A DNA stretch of 64,000 nucleotides from Candidatus Kerfeldbacteria bacterium (GCA_016193315.1 JACPSJ010000001.1:219981-283980); one strand, 5' to 3'; shown: positions 40,434-51,582, numbered from the stretch's first letter. The notes: generated by a model not told the origin, from the sequence alone. Numbers and translations: made by a program.

Positions 40434-43333
40434 TGACCGAGCGCCTGAAGCGCCATTTCCAGCGCCACGGCCGGAGCTATCTGGCTGGCTTAATCGTGGC
40501 CGTGGTCGTCGGTGGCGTTCTCCTCGCCGGCCAGGCCATGGCCCAGACGAGTGGCGGTATTTCCGGCGGCGCGGTCAAGCCGGCGACCTTCATCCAGAAG
40601 CTCTATGCCTTCCTGGGCGACATCGTCCTCGTCATCCTGCAGTTCGTGGCCAACCTGACGGCCATGGCGATTCACGTCATCATCATCGTTTCGCAGTACA
40701 ATCACTTCATTGACGTGCCGGTCGTCAAAACCGGCTGGACCATCGTCCGCGACATCACCAACATGTTCTTTATTATCGCCCTCTTGGTCATCGCGGCCGG
40801 GACGATTTTGCGGATCGAGAACTACCGTTACAACCGCCTGCTGGCGCGGGTGATCGTGATGGCTTTCCTGGTTAACTTCTCGCGCCTGATCGCCGGCTTT
40901 TTCATCCAGTCGGCCCAAGTGGTGATGCTGACTTTTGTCAACGCCTACAAAGACGCCTTCTTCGGTAATTTCGCCCATCTCTTCGGGCTTGATTCGGTCT
41001 TACGCTTTGCCAGCGAACCAGGTCCGGTGGTTGAGCGGGTCGTCGATTTCGGCATTATTCTAATTAGTCTCTTGGCCGGGTTGGCCCTGTTGGTGGTCTC
41101 CCTGGTGGTCTCCCTGGCCATCGCCATCATCCTGGCCATTCGCATTATCGCTCTCTGGATCTTGGTCATCTTTTCCCCGTTGGCGTATGCGCTGCGGATT
41201 CTGCCGAACACCGAAGGATTTTCCCGGCGTTGGTGGTCGGAGTTTGGGAAATACGTCACCGTTGGTCCGGTCATGGCCTTTATGCTGTGGCTATCCTTGG
41301 CGATTATCGTTTCCACCGGCGCGACTGCCGAACTCAGCGAACAGACGAGCGTCAAGGATCTAGCCAAACAATACGCCGGCGAAAACGTCAGCGGCAGCAG
41401 CCAGCCGTTTGTCAACGAACTGCTGTCGCTTGAGAACCTGACTTCCTTCCTGATCGGCATCATCTTCTTGGTCATGGGCTTGAGTTACGCGACGCAGCTC
41501 GGCGGCGCAGCTGGGCGGTTCGCCGGTTCGGCCACCACCGCCGCCACCGGCGCCGCGCTCGGCGCTTCGGGCGTGGCCTGGATGCGCGACCGGACCGTGG
41601 CGCCGGTCCAAGGGTGGTTACGCAATCGCCAAGCCGCGGCCCGCGCCCGGGTTGAGGAACGGACGCAAACGCTTGAGGCGGCCGGTGATCGGCTGCGGAC
41701 GGCCTTCCCCGGCGCCGGCGCCGAACGGTCGCGGGCCGCGGCCGCTGCCTACGAGCGGCAACGGACAGCCAGGCGGATTGCCGAGCGCGGTTATGAAGAT
41801 CGGAGCCACGATGAGTTGATGACTGAGTTTCAACATGGCCGCGGTCGCGGCCGGGTGGCAGCGATGGAGGTCCTGCGACGTCGCGGCGAGATCAACTTGA
41901 CGGATCCAAACCAGAACGCTGCCTTAAATCAAGTCCTGGCCTCGGGCCGGATGCCGCCAGGAGAACGGCGCAAGATCCGTCAAGAAATATTACAGGCCAA
42001 CGTCGGCAATATGGCTGATCCGGACGTGCGGGCGCGCTTGGCCGCGGCTGGTGATCGGGATGAACAAATCGTCCTGGCTCAGGAACTAGAGCGCCGTAAG
42101 GCCCTGAACGCCGAAAACGCCGGCGACCAGGCAATCATCAATGGACTGCGGGGGAATCTGGCCGAGGTTCCGGCCCGGCTGAAAGAATTCGATGACTCGT
42201 TGAAACGGAATAACCCGCGGATGGCCCTCGAGACGATCTATGAAGGCTTCACCAGGGGGGCGGCAAACGTTGACCAGCTGCTCAATGATATCCAGCAAGG
42301 GACGTATAACGCCGCCAATCTCAACGTCCGCGATGTGGCCACTATGACCCGGAGCCTTCGCAACGTCAGCGGCCTGGGTCGTGATGAGGCCCAAAGTTAC
42401 GTGGGCAACCAGATTCTGACGAACGCCCGGTCAAAAGAGGAATATGACCGCATCATGAACAGCATGCAGAGCGACACCCGCGACATTGCCCATAACGACC
42501 TCCAGGTGGCCGCGGCCATCCCGGCTGAACGACGGCGCTGGTTGGCTGACCAGGCCTACTTGGGCGAGGCCTACGCTGGCAATGATGCGGCCGCTGATTT
42601 CTATGTCCGCAACAATAGCGATAAGGTGCTCGAGAACCTGAAGAAGGAACGTATCTCGCGGCGGACCTGGCAAACCGACGCCATTGTCGAGTCGATAACG
42701 AATCAGGATCGCATCGGTATTAACGACCTGGCCGAGGCGGTCAGGAACACCCCGGCCGTTCGCAATCACGCCTCAGCCACGTTCAACCGTATCAGTCACC
42801 GGATCAATACCACGGCCACGGCCAACACCAACGACGCGACCCAGGAAGGTCGGCGACAAAATAAACTCCGGCGTTCGTTTGTGGCCGTCTCTGGCGGCGG
42901 AGATGTCAATGACCTCATGATGGGCCCGGTGCTCGGAGCGCCAGGCGCGCAAATCAGTTCGCTCCAAGCAGCTTTCCGAATGGGTGGTGCGGCTACGACC
43001 GCCGCTTTCACCACTGCCCGCCAGGGGCTTGAACGCACCATCGCCACGGTCGGTAACCGTCTGAACCGGCTGGATTTTGCTCGCTTGCATACCACGCCCC
43101 AAGGGCAAGTCATTGAGCGGGCGGTGGTGGAAAACTTAAAGGTTTCTCATTTGGCGGAAATCGATGAACGAAATCCTGGCTTAGCTCAAAACATCGTCCA
43201 ACAAATTCGTACCACGGCCGCGCTGCCCGCCGGCACCACCTACGCCGGTCGGCCGCTGACTGGTGACGACATCGACCGACTCAATGGCACGCTGAACCGG
43301 ATCCGCCGCAGCGATCGTTTGTCCTATCTCTAA
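40430..43333 (+). CDS. Extended VirB6/TrbL-like polytopic membrane protein
   Basis: GWTIVRDITNMFFI, LVNFSRLI, RIIALWILVIFSPLAY...WW, followed by a ~580-aa charged helical tail; T4SS context. Confidence 0.7.
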   Translation: MMTERLKRHFQRHGRSYLAGLIVAVVVGGVLLAGQAMAQTSGGISGGAVKPATFIQKLYAFLGDIVLVILQFVANLTAMAIHVIIIVSQYNHFIDVPVVKTGWTIVRDITNMFFIIALLVIAAGTILRIENYRYNRLLARVIVMAFLVNFSRLIAGFFIQSAQVVMLTFVNAYKDAFFGNFAHLFGLDSVLRFASEPGPVVERVVDFGIILISLLAGLALLVVSLVVSLAIAIILAIRIIALWILVIFSPLAYALRILPNTEGFSRRWWSEFGKYVTVGPVMAFMLWLSLAIIVSTGATAELSEQTSVKDLAKQYAGENVSGSSQPFVNELLSLENLTSFLIGIIFLVMGLSYATQLGGAAGRFAGSATTAATGAALGASGVAWMRDRTVAPVQGWLRNRQAAARARVEERTQTLEAAGDRLRTAFPGAGAERSRAAAAAYERQRTARRIAERGYEDRSHDELMTEFQHGRGRGRVAAMEVLRRRGEINLTDPNQNAALNQVLASGRMPPGERRKIRQEILQANVGNMADPDVRARLAAAGDRDEQIVLAQELERRKALNAENAGDQAIINGLRGNLAEVPARLKEFDDSLKRNNPRMALETIYEGFTRGAANVDQLLNDIQQGTYNAANLNVRDVATMTRSLRNVSGLGRDEAQSYVGNQILTNARSKEEYDRIMNSMQSDTRDIAHNDLQVAAAIPAERRRWLADQAYLGEAYAGNDAAADFYVRNNSDKVLENLKKERISRRTWQTDAIVESITNQDRIGINDLAEAVRNTPAVRNHASATFNRISHRINTTATANTNDATQEGRRQNKLRRSFVAVSGGGDVNDLMMGPVLGAPGAQISSLQAAFRMGGAATTAAFTTARQGLERTIATVGNRLNRLDFARLHTTPQGQVIERAVVENLKVSHLAEIDERNPGLAQNIVQQIRTTAALPAGTTYAGRPLTGDDIDRLNGTLNRIRRSDRLSYL

Positions 43334-43344
43334 ACTACTCCCAC

Positions 43345-44040
43345 ATGCCGGAACCGACCAATCCATTCGCCCAGCTCCCGAGTTTGATGCAGCAAGTGCT
43401 CAATCACGAAGAGAATATTGACGTCAACATGGCCATCGAACAATCAAACGGACTGACCGCCAAACAAGGCGATCAGATGATGGGCGTCATCCGCAAAATC
43501 ATCCTCAAGGTTATGAAGCCGGCCGAGCTCGTGGCGACCATCAAGCAAGATATCGTACTCGACGACGACCGGGCGAAAAAGCTGGCCCTCGATCTGCTCG
43601 GTCGGCGCTTTTTGCCGATGGAATGGTACATCGGCAAGGTCCAGCCACTGATTCACGAGCTCGGCGGCAACGTGGCCGAGTACCTGGCCGAGGTCAAAAA
43701 ACTTTATCCCGAAGTCTACGCCCCAGCCCAGGCCCCGACCACAGTCCCCTCACCAACCGACACCGAACATCCGCTGCTCCGTGATTTCGATCAGCGGGTC
43801 AGCAGCCTGAAGGGCAAAGGTGAGATATTACTGCGCCTCACCGGCTTGTCGAGTCAGGTCGAAGAAGCCGTCAAGGCTGAACAGCTAGAGCCTGATGCCG
43901 GTGAGCGGATGATGCAGGAACTCGACGCCATGAGCTACGCCGTCAACACCCAGGATCTTAATCCATTCGAGATCAACTCGCTGAAGCGAAAGTTGCGACG
44001 GATACTCAGCCAGCTGTCAGCGACCGCCCCGCCAGGATGA
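43345..44040 (+). CDS. Hypothetical protein
   Basis: ORF within the operon, tightly spaced. Confidence 0.7.
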   Translation: MPEPTNPFAQLPSLMQQVLNHEENIDVNMAIEQSNGLTAKQGDQMMGVIRKIILKVMKPAELVATIKQDIVLDDDRAKKLALDLLGRRFLPMEWYIGKVQPLIHELGGNVAEYLAEVKKLYPEVYAPAQAPTTVPSPTDTEHPLLRDFDQRVSSLKGKGEILLRLTGLSSQVEEAVKAEQLEPDAGERMMQELDAMSYAVNTQDLNPFEINSLKRKLRRILSQLSATAPPG

Positions 44041-44369
44041 GGATTGCGGTCAGCCGTCCGACCCAGCGGCCAAGCGTGGTTCTGCGTCGCGCCGGTTATA
44101 GCGAGTTCCACGACCGTCAGGCCAATCAGGTGTCGTACGTCCGCCGATTAGGAACGTATTACTACCCGCGTTTCCACCTGTACGTCGTTGATAGCGGGCA
44201 GGATCTGCAACTGAATCTTCACCTTGATCAGAAGCAGCCATCCTACGGCGTCGGTCACCAGCACAGTGGGGAGTATGACGGTTGGCAAATCGAGGCCGAG
44301 GCTGAACGGTTAAAACAATTTTTTCAACCCCTCCCGGATCAAAAGCACCCGACTACAGTACCCACTTGA
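44037..44369 (+). CDS. Hypothetical protein
   Basis: SYVRRL..YYPRFHLY, LHLDQK.PSY, HSGEYDG; ATGA overlap. Confidence 0.7.
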   Translation: MRIAVSRPTQRPSVVLRRAGYSEFHDRQANQVSYVRRLGTYYYPRFHLYVVDSGQDLQLNLHLDQKQPSYGVGHQHSGEYDGWQIEAEAERLKQFFQPLPDQKHPTTVPT

Positions 44370-44450
44370 GAGCCGCGCAGATCAGGACCGGGTCACACGT
44401 TGCGAGTCGGGCCGATTTATGCCATAATTTCGTTACCGAAACAAATCTCA

Positions 44451-46094
44451 ATGCCTGACATTTGGCAGCAATTCCATCAGCTCCCGCGGGCGATCCGCGA
44501 CACCGTAGCCTCCCCGCAGGCGCTGGCGGCCGTTGAACGACTGGAAAACCAGTACCCCCAACTTGATGCGGCGAACTTGATCATGCGGGTGATGACGAAA
44601 GAGGTGGCGATCCAGAACCTCGTCGATACCATTGCCTCCGAGGGTCGCCTCGGTTCAGAAGCCGCCGCATCGGTGGCCGACACTCTCCAGCGCGAGGTTT
44701 TTGGCGGTGTCCACGACTACCTTGGACTTGACCAACCAACCGAGGTCAAACCGTCACCCCGCCGGCCAGGATTTCGTCAAACAACATCGCCACCAGCCGC
44801 CGGGACCCAGCCGCCGGCGCAGCCAGCTGACTCTCCAGCCCCACCTCGACCTCCCCCGGTTCCGCCGGCACCGGCCGCACCATTCGCCATCCCGCCACCA
44901 CGCGTTCCACCCGCGCGCCAGGCGGCCACCGACTCTGTCGGTGGAGGAAAGCTGGAGCGCCCAGCCTCCGGTGCGGGGTTCCGCCCCACCCAGTATGTGG
45001 GAGAACCTCCAACTCCTCTTGGCGGGGCTCCACCGCCGGTGGTTGCCCCACCACCAGCGTCTGTCCCCGCGGTTGGTCCAGCCACCGTGACTCCACCCTC
45101 CGTGGCGACCCCCGCTCCGTCCGCTCAGCCCCAACCACCAGTTGGTCCAGTGGCGCCAACACAGGCTTATTCAGAGGAAGACGCACAGGAAATCGAGCGG
45201 CATGCGCAACGGCTGAAATCAATTCAGGCCAGCGCGGCCAGCCTCGATTTTGATGACGCTGCCCGAGCGGTTATAGCCCAGCACCAACTCGCCTTCGCCG
45301 GCGACTTGCTGCCGAAGCGAGCCTTGGCCATATTCAAAGCCCGGCTGAAAGACATACGCAACTCTGACGACACGCAAGTCATCCTGACTCGCGATCCAAA
45401 GGTCGGCGGCTTAGGACTGGATCCCGATTTGGCGGCTAATGTGGTCGCCAGTCTCGACGAGCTGAGCGGACAGTTGAAATCACGCGGTATGGTCCGTCCG
45501 CCCGCCCCCCCCAGTCCACCCCCGCCGCCGATCGTGCCGCGGGCCGAGTCACCGCGGCCGACTCCCCGTCCGCCGATCCGCCCGCTGCCAATCGAACCGG
45601 TTCAGGCCGCTCCGGCCGTGACGGCCGCCGTCCCGACCGGACCACCCGAAATCAAGCCGCCGTCGCCGAATGTTCCCATTCGGCCCACGGCCCCGGCCGG
45701 GCCAGCGATGGTCCAACGCCGTCGGGTGATCGATCGACCGACCGTGGCCGACGTCACGAAACCATCACGCACCTACGGGCCGGCGGAAGAAATGCGCAGT
45801 TTGACGGTCGCTGATTTCCGCCGTCTCGGCCAAGGAGCCAATGATTCGGCCGCCCACCTGCTCGGCAAATTTCAGCATTTGCAACAAGAGTCATTCCGTT
45901 TGTGGAGCGAGGCCCTGGCCGGCTGGCGTCAGAGCGAAATTCATCAGCTGTACTTGGCCATGGGCCGTCAAAGTCTCGACGAGAACATCCCCATCCGCGA
46001 AGTGGTTCAACGTCGGGCTCGGAATAACCAGCCCTATCTGTCGGAACATGAGTTTACCGCCCTGGCCGACCTCAACCGCCAGTTGCAGCCGTAG
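44451..46094 (+). CDS. Proline-rich multi-domain hypothetical protein
   Basis: Three small globular segments joined by long Pro-rich linkers. Confidence 0.7.
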   Translation: MPDIWQQFHQLPRAIRDTVASPQALAAVERLENQYPQLDAANLIMRVMTKEVAIQNLVDTIASEGRLGSEAAASVADTLQREVFGGVHDYLGLDQPTEVKPSPRRPGFRQTTSPPAAGTQPPAQPADSPAPPRPPPVPPAPAAPFAIPPPRVPPARQAATDSVGGGKLERPASGAGFRPTQYVGEPPTPLGGAPPPVVAPPPASVPAVGPATVTPPSVATPAPSAQPQPPVGPVAPTQAYSEEDAQEIERHAQRLKSIQASAASLDFDDAARAVIAQHQLAFAGDLLPKRALAIFKARLKDIRNSDDTQVILTRDPKVGGLGLDPDLAANVVASLDELSGQLKSRGMVRPPAPPSPPPPPIVPRAESPRPTPRPPIRPLPIEPVQAAPAVTAAVPTGPPEIKPPSPNVPIRPTAPAGPAMVQRRRVIDRPTVADVTKPSRTYGPAEEMRSLTVADFRRLGQGANDSAAHLLGKFQHLQQESFRLWSEALAGWRQSEIHQLYLAMGRQSLDENIPIREVVQRRARNNQPYLSEHEFTALADLNRQLQP

Positions 46095-46140
46095 CCGCGC
46101 CCCTCGGTTCTTTAGTCTTTAACTCTAAATCTCCAACGGG

Positions 46141-46626
46141 ATGGCCCAGCAATTCATCGTTCCCCAGTTCATCGAGGTCGAGGACAAAATCATTGGTCCG
46201 ATTACCGTCCGCCAATTCGTTATTATCTTAGCCGGCACGGCGCTGATCGTTGGCTCGTATCAGCTGTTGGTCAAACTGGCCAATCAAAGCGGCGCATTTT
46301 TGTTCTCCGCTTTCGGCATTCTGGTGGCCATGGTGGCCTTCGCCTTCGTCAAAGTCAACGGCCGTCCGTTCCACACCTTTCTCCTCAACGTCCTCCAGCA
46401 TCTCAAGAATCCCCGGATGCGCCTGTGGAACAACCAAATCGGCGAACGGCTCCAGTATCGCCGGGAACCTCCGCCGCCGTCGCCGATTCCGACTAAGCGA
46501 CCGCTCAGCAGCACCAAGTTGGCTCAACTGGCTCTACTGGTTGATACCGGCGGCGCTTACCACGAAGATGAAGAACTCCTCTACTGGGGGCAGGCGCTGC
46601 CAAATCAGGTGAGCCGGCGCCGATAA
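46141..46626 (+). CDS. PrgI family (VirB3-like) protein
   Basis: QFIVPQFIEVEDKIIGPITVRQF, 2 TMs, KVNGRPF. Confidence 0.85.
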   Translation: MAQQFIVPQFIEVEDKIIGPITVRQFVIILAGTALIVGSYQLLVKLANQSGAFLFSAFGILVAMVAFAFVKVNGRPFHTFLLNVLQHLKNPRMRLWNNQIGERLQYRREPPPPSPIPTKRPLSSTKLAQLALLVDTGGAYHEDEELLYWGQALPNQVSRRR

Positions 46627-46642
46627 CGCTGACCGCTTGTCC

Positions 46643-47365
46643 ATGGCCATAACCAAAACAAAGGAGAAGACCCGGCGGGCTAAGGCCGCCATCCCCACCC
46701 AGCAATACCTAGATATTCTGGAGATTCGTGACGATACCGTCGTCCTGCGCGACGGGACATTGCGCGCGGTGCTCCTCGTCTCGTCGATCAACTTCTCGCT
46801 CAAGTCCGAAGAGGAGCAAAACGCCGTCATCCAGGCCTACACCGAGTTCCTCAATACCATTGACTTCCCACTCCAAATCGTTATCCAATCGCGCCGACTC
46901 GACATCGATCACTACCTGGCTGAGCTCGAGCAGCTGGAAAAGCAGCAAACCAATGAGCTCCTACAGTTGCAAACCCGGGACTACCGCCAGTTCGTGGCCG
47001 AACTGGTACAGATTGCCGACATCATGACCAAACGCTTTTATGTGGTCGTCCCGTATTCACCAAAAGTCGACCGCCCGGCTCGTTTCTTCCGCCGCCTCTT
47101 CGACGTCTTCTCTCCGACGGCCACGATCCACCTCAAACAGAAACAATTCGAGACCTTCCGCCAGGAACTATTCAAGCGCGTCGACAACACCACCAACGCG
47201 CTCGACGCGGCCGGTTTGAAGTCGATCGTGGTCGACACCCAAAGTTTGATTGAGTTGTACTACAATTCATACAATCCCGAAACCGCTCGCCAACAGAAAC
47301 TCCAGGCCGTCGATAAAGTGTCGCTCGAGGACGTTTCGAGTATTAAGGAGGACGAACGTCCGTAA
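46643..47365 (+). CDS. VirB4-associated TraC-N-like protein
   Basis: SSINFSLKSEEEQNA, FPLQIVIQSR, KRFYVVVPY; lies between prgI and virB4. Confidence 0.75.
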   Translation: MAITKTKEKTRRAKAAIPTQQYLDILEIRDDTVVLRDGTLRAVLLVSSINFSLKSEEEQNAVIQAYTEFLNTIDFPLQIVIQSRRLDIDHYLAELEQLEKQQTNELLQLQTRDYRQFVAELVQIADIMTKRFYVVVPYSPKVDRPARFFRRLFDVFSPTATIHLKQKQFETFRQELFKRVDNTTNALDAAGLKSIVVDTQSLIELYYNSYNPETARQQKLQAVDKVSLEDVSSIKEDERP

Positions 47366-47429
47366 CGATTGGTGTTGCCGTTTCCCATGATTACCCCCCT
47401 TCATTCTTACTTGATGAATCTCTAACCGG

Positions 47430-49355
47430 ATGCCAGACATCAATCTCTCGAGCCCGAAAGTTTTTCGCCCCGAACCGGTGGCGTCGGTCCGCGGCGAGCA
47501 ACCGCGGCCGTCCGACGAGCGGGCGCTGATTGAGGCCGAACGGATCTATCGCCGCGGCGTAGTCACTGTCCGCGACCTGATTGCGCCGGCGGCCCTGAAA
47601 GTCGATCCGACGGCCCTGATCCTCAATGGCAAGTACGTCCGCACGCTGTTCGTCATCACCTACCCGCGATACATCTCGGTCGGCTGGTTTGCCCCGATCA
47701 TCAATTTCAACGCCCCGCTCGACGTCGCCATGTTCTTCTATCCCATCCAGTCCGACATCATCCTCAAGCAGTTGAAGAACAAAGTCGGCGCCCTCGAAGC
47801 CCAGCTGTCGGCCGATATCCAAAAGGGCGCGCCCCGTGATCCGATGCGTGAAACCGCGCTGCGCGATATTGAGAAGCTGCGGGACGACTTGACGCAAGGG
47901 ACCGAGAAATTCTTCCAGTTTGCCCTCTACGTGACGCTCTACGCCGACAAGCTCGAACAGCTGAACGAAATGACCAGCAAGATCGAGTCACATTTCGGCT
48001 CGCGCCTGGTCTATTCCAAGCGGGCCTTCTTTCAAACCGAGCAGGGTTTCACCTCGACCTTGCCGATCGGCCTCGACCAGCTCCAAGTGACGTTCAACAT
48101 GAATTCGTCGCCGATCGCCTCCAGCTTCCCGTTCGTCTCGGCCGACTTGTCGAGCGATAGCGGCGTGCTGTACGGCATTAATCGGCACAATAATTCGCTC
48201 ATCCTGTTCGACCGCTTCTCGCTCCAGAACGCTAACTATACGGTTTTCGCCAGCGCCGGCGCTGGCAAGTCATACGCGGTGAAATTGGAGATTATCCGCA
48301 GCATGATGTTCGGTACCGAGATCATCGTCATCGACCCGGAACACGAATACAAGTATTTGTCCGACGCGGTCGGCGGCACCTACATCAACGTCTCGCTCAA
48401 CTCGGAGAGCAAGATCAACCCCTTTGACTTGCCGAAGCCGATCAGCGGCGAGGAAACGACGTCGGACATCATCCGCTCGGCGGTCATCACGCTCAAGTCG
48501 GTGTTCCGCCTGATGCTCGGCGATCTGACCCACGAAGAGGATTCGATCCTCGATCGGGCCCTGCTCGAGACGTACGCCAAGAAAGACATCACTCCGGACG
48601 CCGATCTGCAGAACGTCGAAGTGCCGGTGATGTCCGACTTCGAAGATGTTCTCGGCGGCATGACTGGGGCCGAACGCATGGCTGAACGGCTGAAAAAATA
48701 CACCCAGGGCACGTTCGCCGGCCTGTTCAACAGCCCGACGAACATCGAGCTCAATAATCAGCTGGTCGTCTTCTCGGTCCGCGATCTGGAAGACGAGCTG
48801 CGGCCGATCGGCATCTCCATCATCATCAGCTACATCTGGAACGTTGCCCGCTCGAGCCTGAAGAAGCGGTTGCTGATTATTGACGAGGCCTGGTGGCTAA
48901 TGCAACACGAAGATTCGGCCAAGTTCATCTACGGCCTGGTCAAGCGCTCGCGAAAATACTACCTCGGAGTGACGACTATTACCCAGGACGTCAACGACTT
49001 CTTGCTCTCACCATACGGCCAAGCGATCATCAATAACTCGGCCTTGACGCTACTGATGAAGCAGTCGCCGGCGGCCATCGACATTGTCAGCAAGACCTTT
49101 CTCCTGACCCAGCAGGAACGTTATTTGCTGCTCGAAGCCGGCGTGGGCGAAGGGATTTTCTTCGCCGGCCCGAAGCACGCCGCCATCAAGGTCGTCGCCT
49201 CCTACGGCGAACACCAAATCGTGACCACCAATCCGGCCGAGCTGCTGGAGATTGAACGAGCCAAGAAGGAGTTCGAGCAATCAGTCGCCTCTGGCACCGC
49301 CACCAATGTCGGCTCGGCCATCGCCGACGTCCGTGAGTTAGAAACAGTGACCTAA
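47430..49355 (+). CDS. virB4: VirB4-like T4SS ATPase
   Basis: Walker A ASAGAGKS, IDPEHEY, INPFD, Walker B LIIDEAW, RSRKY, TQD. Confidence 0.88.
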   Translation: MPDINLSSPKVFRPEPVASVRGEQPRPSDERALIEAERIYRRGVVTVRDLIAPAALKVDPTALILNGKYVRTLFVITYPRYISVGWFAPIINFNAPLDVAMFFYPIQSDIILKQLKNKVGALEAQLSADIQKGAPRDPMRETALRDIEKLRDDLTQGTEKFFQFALYVTLYADKLEQLNEMTSKIESHFGSRLVYSKRAFFQTEQGFTSTLPIGLDQLQVTFNMNSSPIASSFPFVSADLSSDSGVLYGINRHNNSLILFDRFSLQNANYTVFASAGAGKSYAVKLEIIRSMMFGTEIIVIDPEHEYKYLSDAVGGTYINVSLNSESKINPFDLPKPISGEETTSDIIRSAVITLKSVFRLMLGDLTHEEDSILDRALLETYAKKDITPDADLQNVEVPVMSDFEDVLGGMTGAERMAERLKKYTQGTFAGLFNSPTNIELNNQLVVFSVRDLEDELRPIGISIIISYIWNVARSSLKKRLLIIDEAWWLMQHEDSAKFIYGLVKRSRKYYLGVTTITQDVNDFLLSPYGQAIINNSALTLLMKQSPAAIDIVSKTFLLTQQERYLLLEAGVGEGIFFAGPKHAAIKVVASYGEHQIVTTNPAELLEIERAKKEFEQSVASGTATNVGSAIADVRELETVT

Positions 49356-49366
49356 CATACATCCCT

Positions 49367-49936
49367 ATGCCCCGTCGACTGCTCATCATCTTGATCGCCT
49401 TGGCGGCCCTGATCATCCCGGTGCTGATCGTCTTGATTGCGGTCGATCGCAGCCCGCAGCTCCAAAATACGGTCCTCAAGTTGTCGAACACCAACCAGGC
49501 AGCCAGTAATACCAATGCCCCGGCGGCGAATGGCAACACCAACGCGGCCACGCCCGAAACCGCCGAAGCCACCGCCATCCGTTTCGTGGCCCGGAACTTC
49601 ACTGAAACGTACGGCAGCGGCACGAACCAGAACGATTACGTCCACCTAACGGCCGCGAAATCATGGGGGACAAAAAGTTTCAACGATTTTCTCGATCGCT
49701 CGGCCGCCCAGCAGCGTTTGACCACCGCCACGCAGCCGTTCCACGGGATCGTCACCAAAGCGCTAGTCTTGACCATCAGCCAACAGTCCTCCCAAACCGC
49801 TTCGTTGACCGTCAGCACCCAGCGGAAGGAAACGATCGATCAAAAGACCGAAGTCTACTACCAAGATTTGTATCTTGATCTAGTTAAGGAGGGTGATGAT
49901 TGGAAGGTAAACGCCGCCTCGTGGTCTCCCCGTTAG
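49367..49936 (+). CDS. Bitopic protein with a VirB8/NTF2-like C-terminal domain (tentative)
   Basis: Single TM, Asn-rich linker, ARNFTETYGS, LDLVKEGDDWKV ending. Confidence 0.55.
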   Translation: MPRRLLIILIALAALIIPVLIVLIAVDRSPQLQNTVLKLSNTNQAASNTNAPAANGNTNAATPETAEATAIRFVARNFTETYGSGTNQNDYVHLTAAKSWGTKSFNDFLDRSAAQQRLTTATQPFHGIVTKALVLTISQQSSQTASLTVSTQRKETIDQKTEVYYQDLYLDLVKEGDDWKVNAASWSPR

Positions 49937-49948
49937 ACTATTCGGACC

Positions 49949-50494
49949 ATGGCCATCGCTGAACAAGAATACCTGGAGGACCCCGAAGATCAGCGCCAAG
50001 CTGAACGTGCCCTTGAACAGCAGCGTTTGTCCGCGCAACGACAGGAACGGGTCAGCCAAGCCCAACCCCGACGTCAGGCGGTTCCGAGCCAGGCTCGAGC
50101 CGCGGCCGAAGCAGCCGAAGGGGCGGCTGAGTTAGCCACGCGGCAGGCCAGACTACGGGCCTGGCAACTGTGGCAGGAGGGGGCGGAAGATGCGGCCATC
50201 GCCTTTGAGGATTTCATGCTCTTCACCGGTCCCTGGGCGACTGGGCTCTATGCCTTCCGGCTCGTTTTCGGCACCCTGCTTCACGTTCCGGGAGTGCCCG
50301 GCTATTCCTGGGCCGAAGGCATCTACCGGACGCCGAAGATTCTGTGGATTATTCTTGTCACGACGGCCATCTACAGCGCTTTGTTCCTGGTGGCCTACTT
50401 CATTTTCCACCCAACTGAAATCATCGTTTTTGGCGTCAACACAGCGTCCGGGTTTTTCTTTGACGTCATCAAGTATTTTAGTCTCGGCACATGA
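49949..50494 (+). CDS. Hypothetical membrane protein
   Basis: Charged N-terminus, C-terminal TMs. Confidence 0.65.
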   Translation: MAIAEQEYLEDPEDQRQAERALEQQRLSAQRQERVSQAQPRRQAVPSQARAAAEAAEGAAELATRQARLRAWQLWQEGAEDAAIAFEDFMLFTGPWATGLYAFRLVFGTLLHVPGVPGYSWAEGIYRTPKILWIILVTTAIYSALFLVAYFIFHPTEIIVFGVNTASGFFFDVIKYFSLGT

Positions 50495-51573
50495 AACTGC
50501 GGTTTCTTATTGTAATGCTGGCCATCGTGGCCGCCCTGTCCGGCCCGGTGATCGCGCAATCGAGCGATACCTCGACGAGCAAGCCGATCGAATTCACGCC
50601 GGAAGTGGAATTGCCGGGCATATTCAGCGGCAAGCAAACCGTCGATCGGAATTTTATCGGCACCTATCTGCGGGCGATTTACGTCTATTTCATCTGGGCG
50701 GTCGGCGCGATGGCCACGGTGATGATCGTCTACGGCGGGATCAAGTGGGTGGCCGCGGCGGGCAACCCCGGCCGCATCCAAGACGCCCGCGACGTCATTA
50801 ACAACGCCATCATCGGCATTATTATTGCCTTAACCTCGGTTGTCCTGCTCAACCTCATCAGCCCGCGGTTTACGATTTTCAGCCTGCCGGATTTGCAGCC
50901 GGTCGAGGCCAAACCTTTTCTCGGGAAGTATAATGCCGCTTACGACTGCTACGAGGAGATCGCTTGTCCCAAGAACTATACTCAAACCCTCGGCGGCCAG
51001 TGTGGATCAGGTGGAGTCTGGGCACATGTCAACCCCGGTCAAATTCCTTGTGGTACCAGGAATGGTGTCTATGCCATTTGCTGCCGGAGGAACGACGGCT
51101 CCGAATGCCGCGGCTATACTTCAGTCAATGGGCGGCAAACATACAGTGGGGAATGCTTCAACGTGACCTCAACTCCGTCTTACACCATCGCCTGCCAAGA
51201 CAGTACTCCGTGCGGACAGGTGAATGGGCGTGATTCGTGTCGGGGCATCTATTGCGGCGCCGACCAAGTCTGCTACCTCAAAGCTCAAACGAGCGGAGTC
51301 TGTATCAACCCTGGCGCTCCTGGAGCCAGCACACGGTATACCTTCACTGGGCTTGAGTGCGGCTCGGGCACAGGTACCATGTTCTTCACCAACGGCATTG
51401 ACTGTGGGCGGCACGCCTCGGGCGAGTTCGAAGGCAGCCCGATCACTGTTTGGGGCACCAAGTCCAGTTGTCCAGCTGGGCAATACTGTAAGGTGCAGCC
51501 GCCGGCCAAGGGTGCAGGCAGTGAGTGTGTGGTTGTTCAGGGAACCGTTTGCTCTCCACTCAATGTTCTTTAA
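50491..51573 (+). CDS. VirB2/TrbC-like pilin fused to a Cys-rich domain
   Basis: VMIVYGGIKWVAAAGNPGRIQDARDVINNAIIG...LLNLISP, then about 220 aa Cys-rich region. Confidence 0.8.
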   Translation: MKLRFLIVMLAIVAALSGPVIAQSSDTSTSKPIEFTPEVELPGIFSGKQTVDRNFIGTYLRAIYVYFIWAVGAMATVMIVYGGIKWVAAAGNPGRIQDARDVINNAIIGIIIALTSVVLLNLISPRFTIFSLPDLQPVEAKPFLGKYNAAYDCYEEIACPKNYTQTLGGQCGSGGVWAHVNPGQIPCGTRNGVYAICCRRNDGSECRGYTSVNGRQTYSGECFNVTSTPSYTIACQDSTPCGQVNGRDSCRGIYCGADQVCYLKAQTSGVCINPGAPGASTRYTFTGLECGSGTGTMFFTNGIDCGRHASGEFEGSPITVWGTKSSCPAGQYCKVQPPAKGAGSECVVVQGTVCSPLNVL

Positions 51574-51582
51574 GACTCGGTT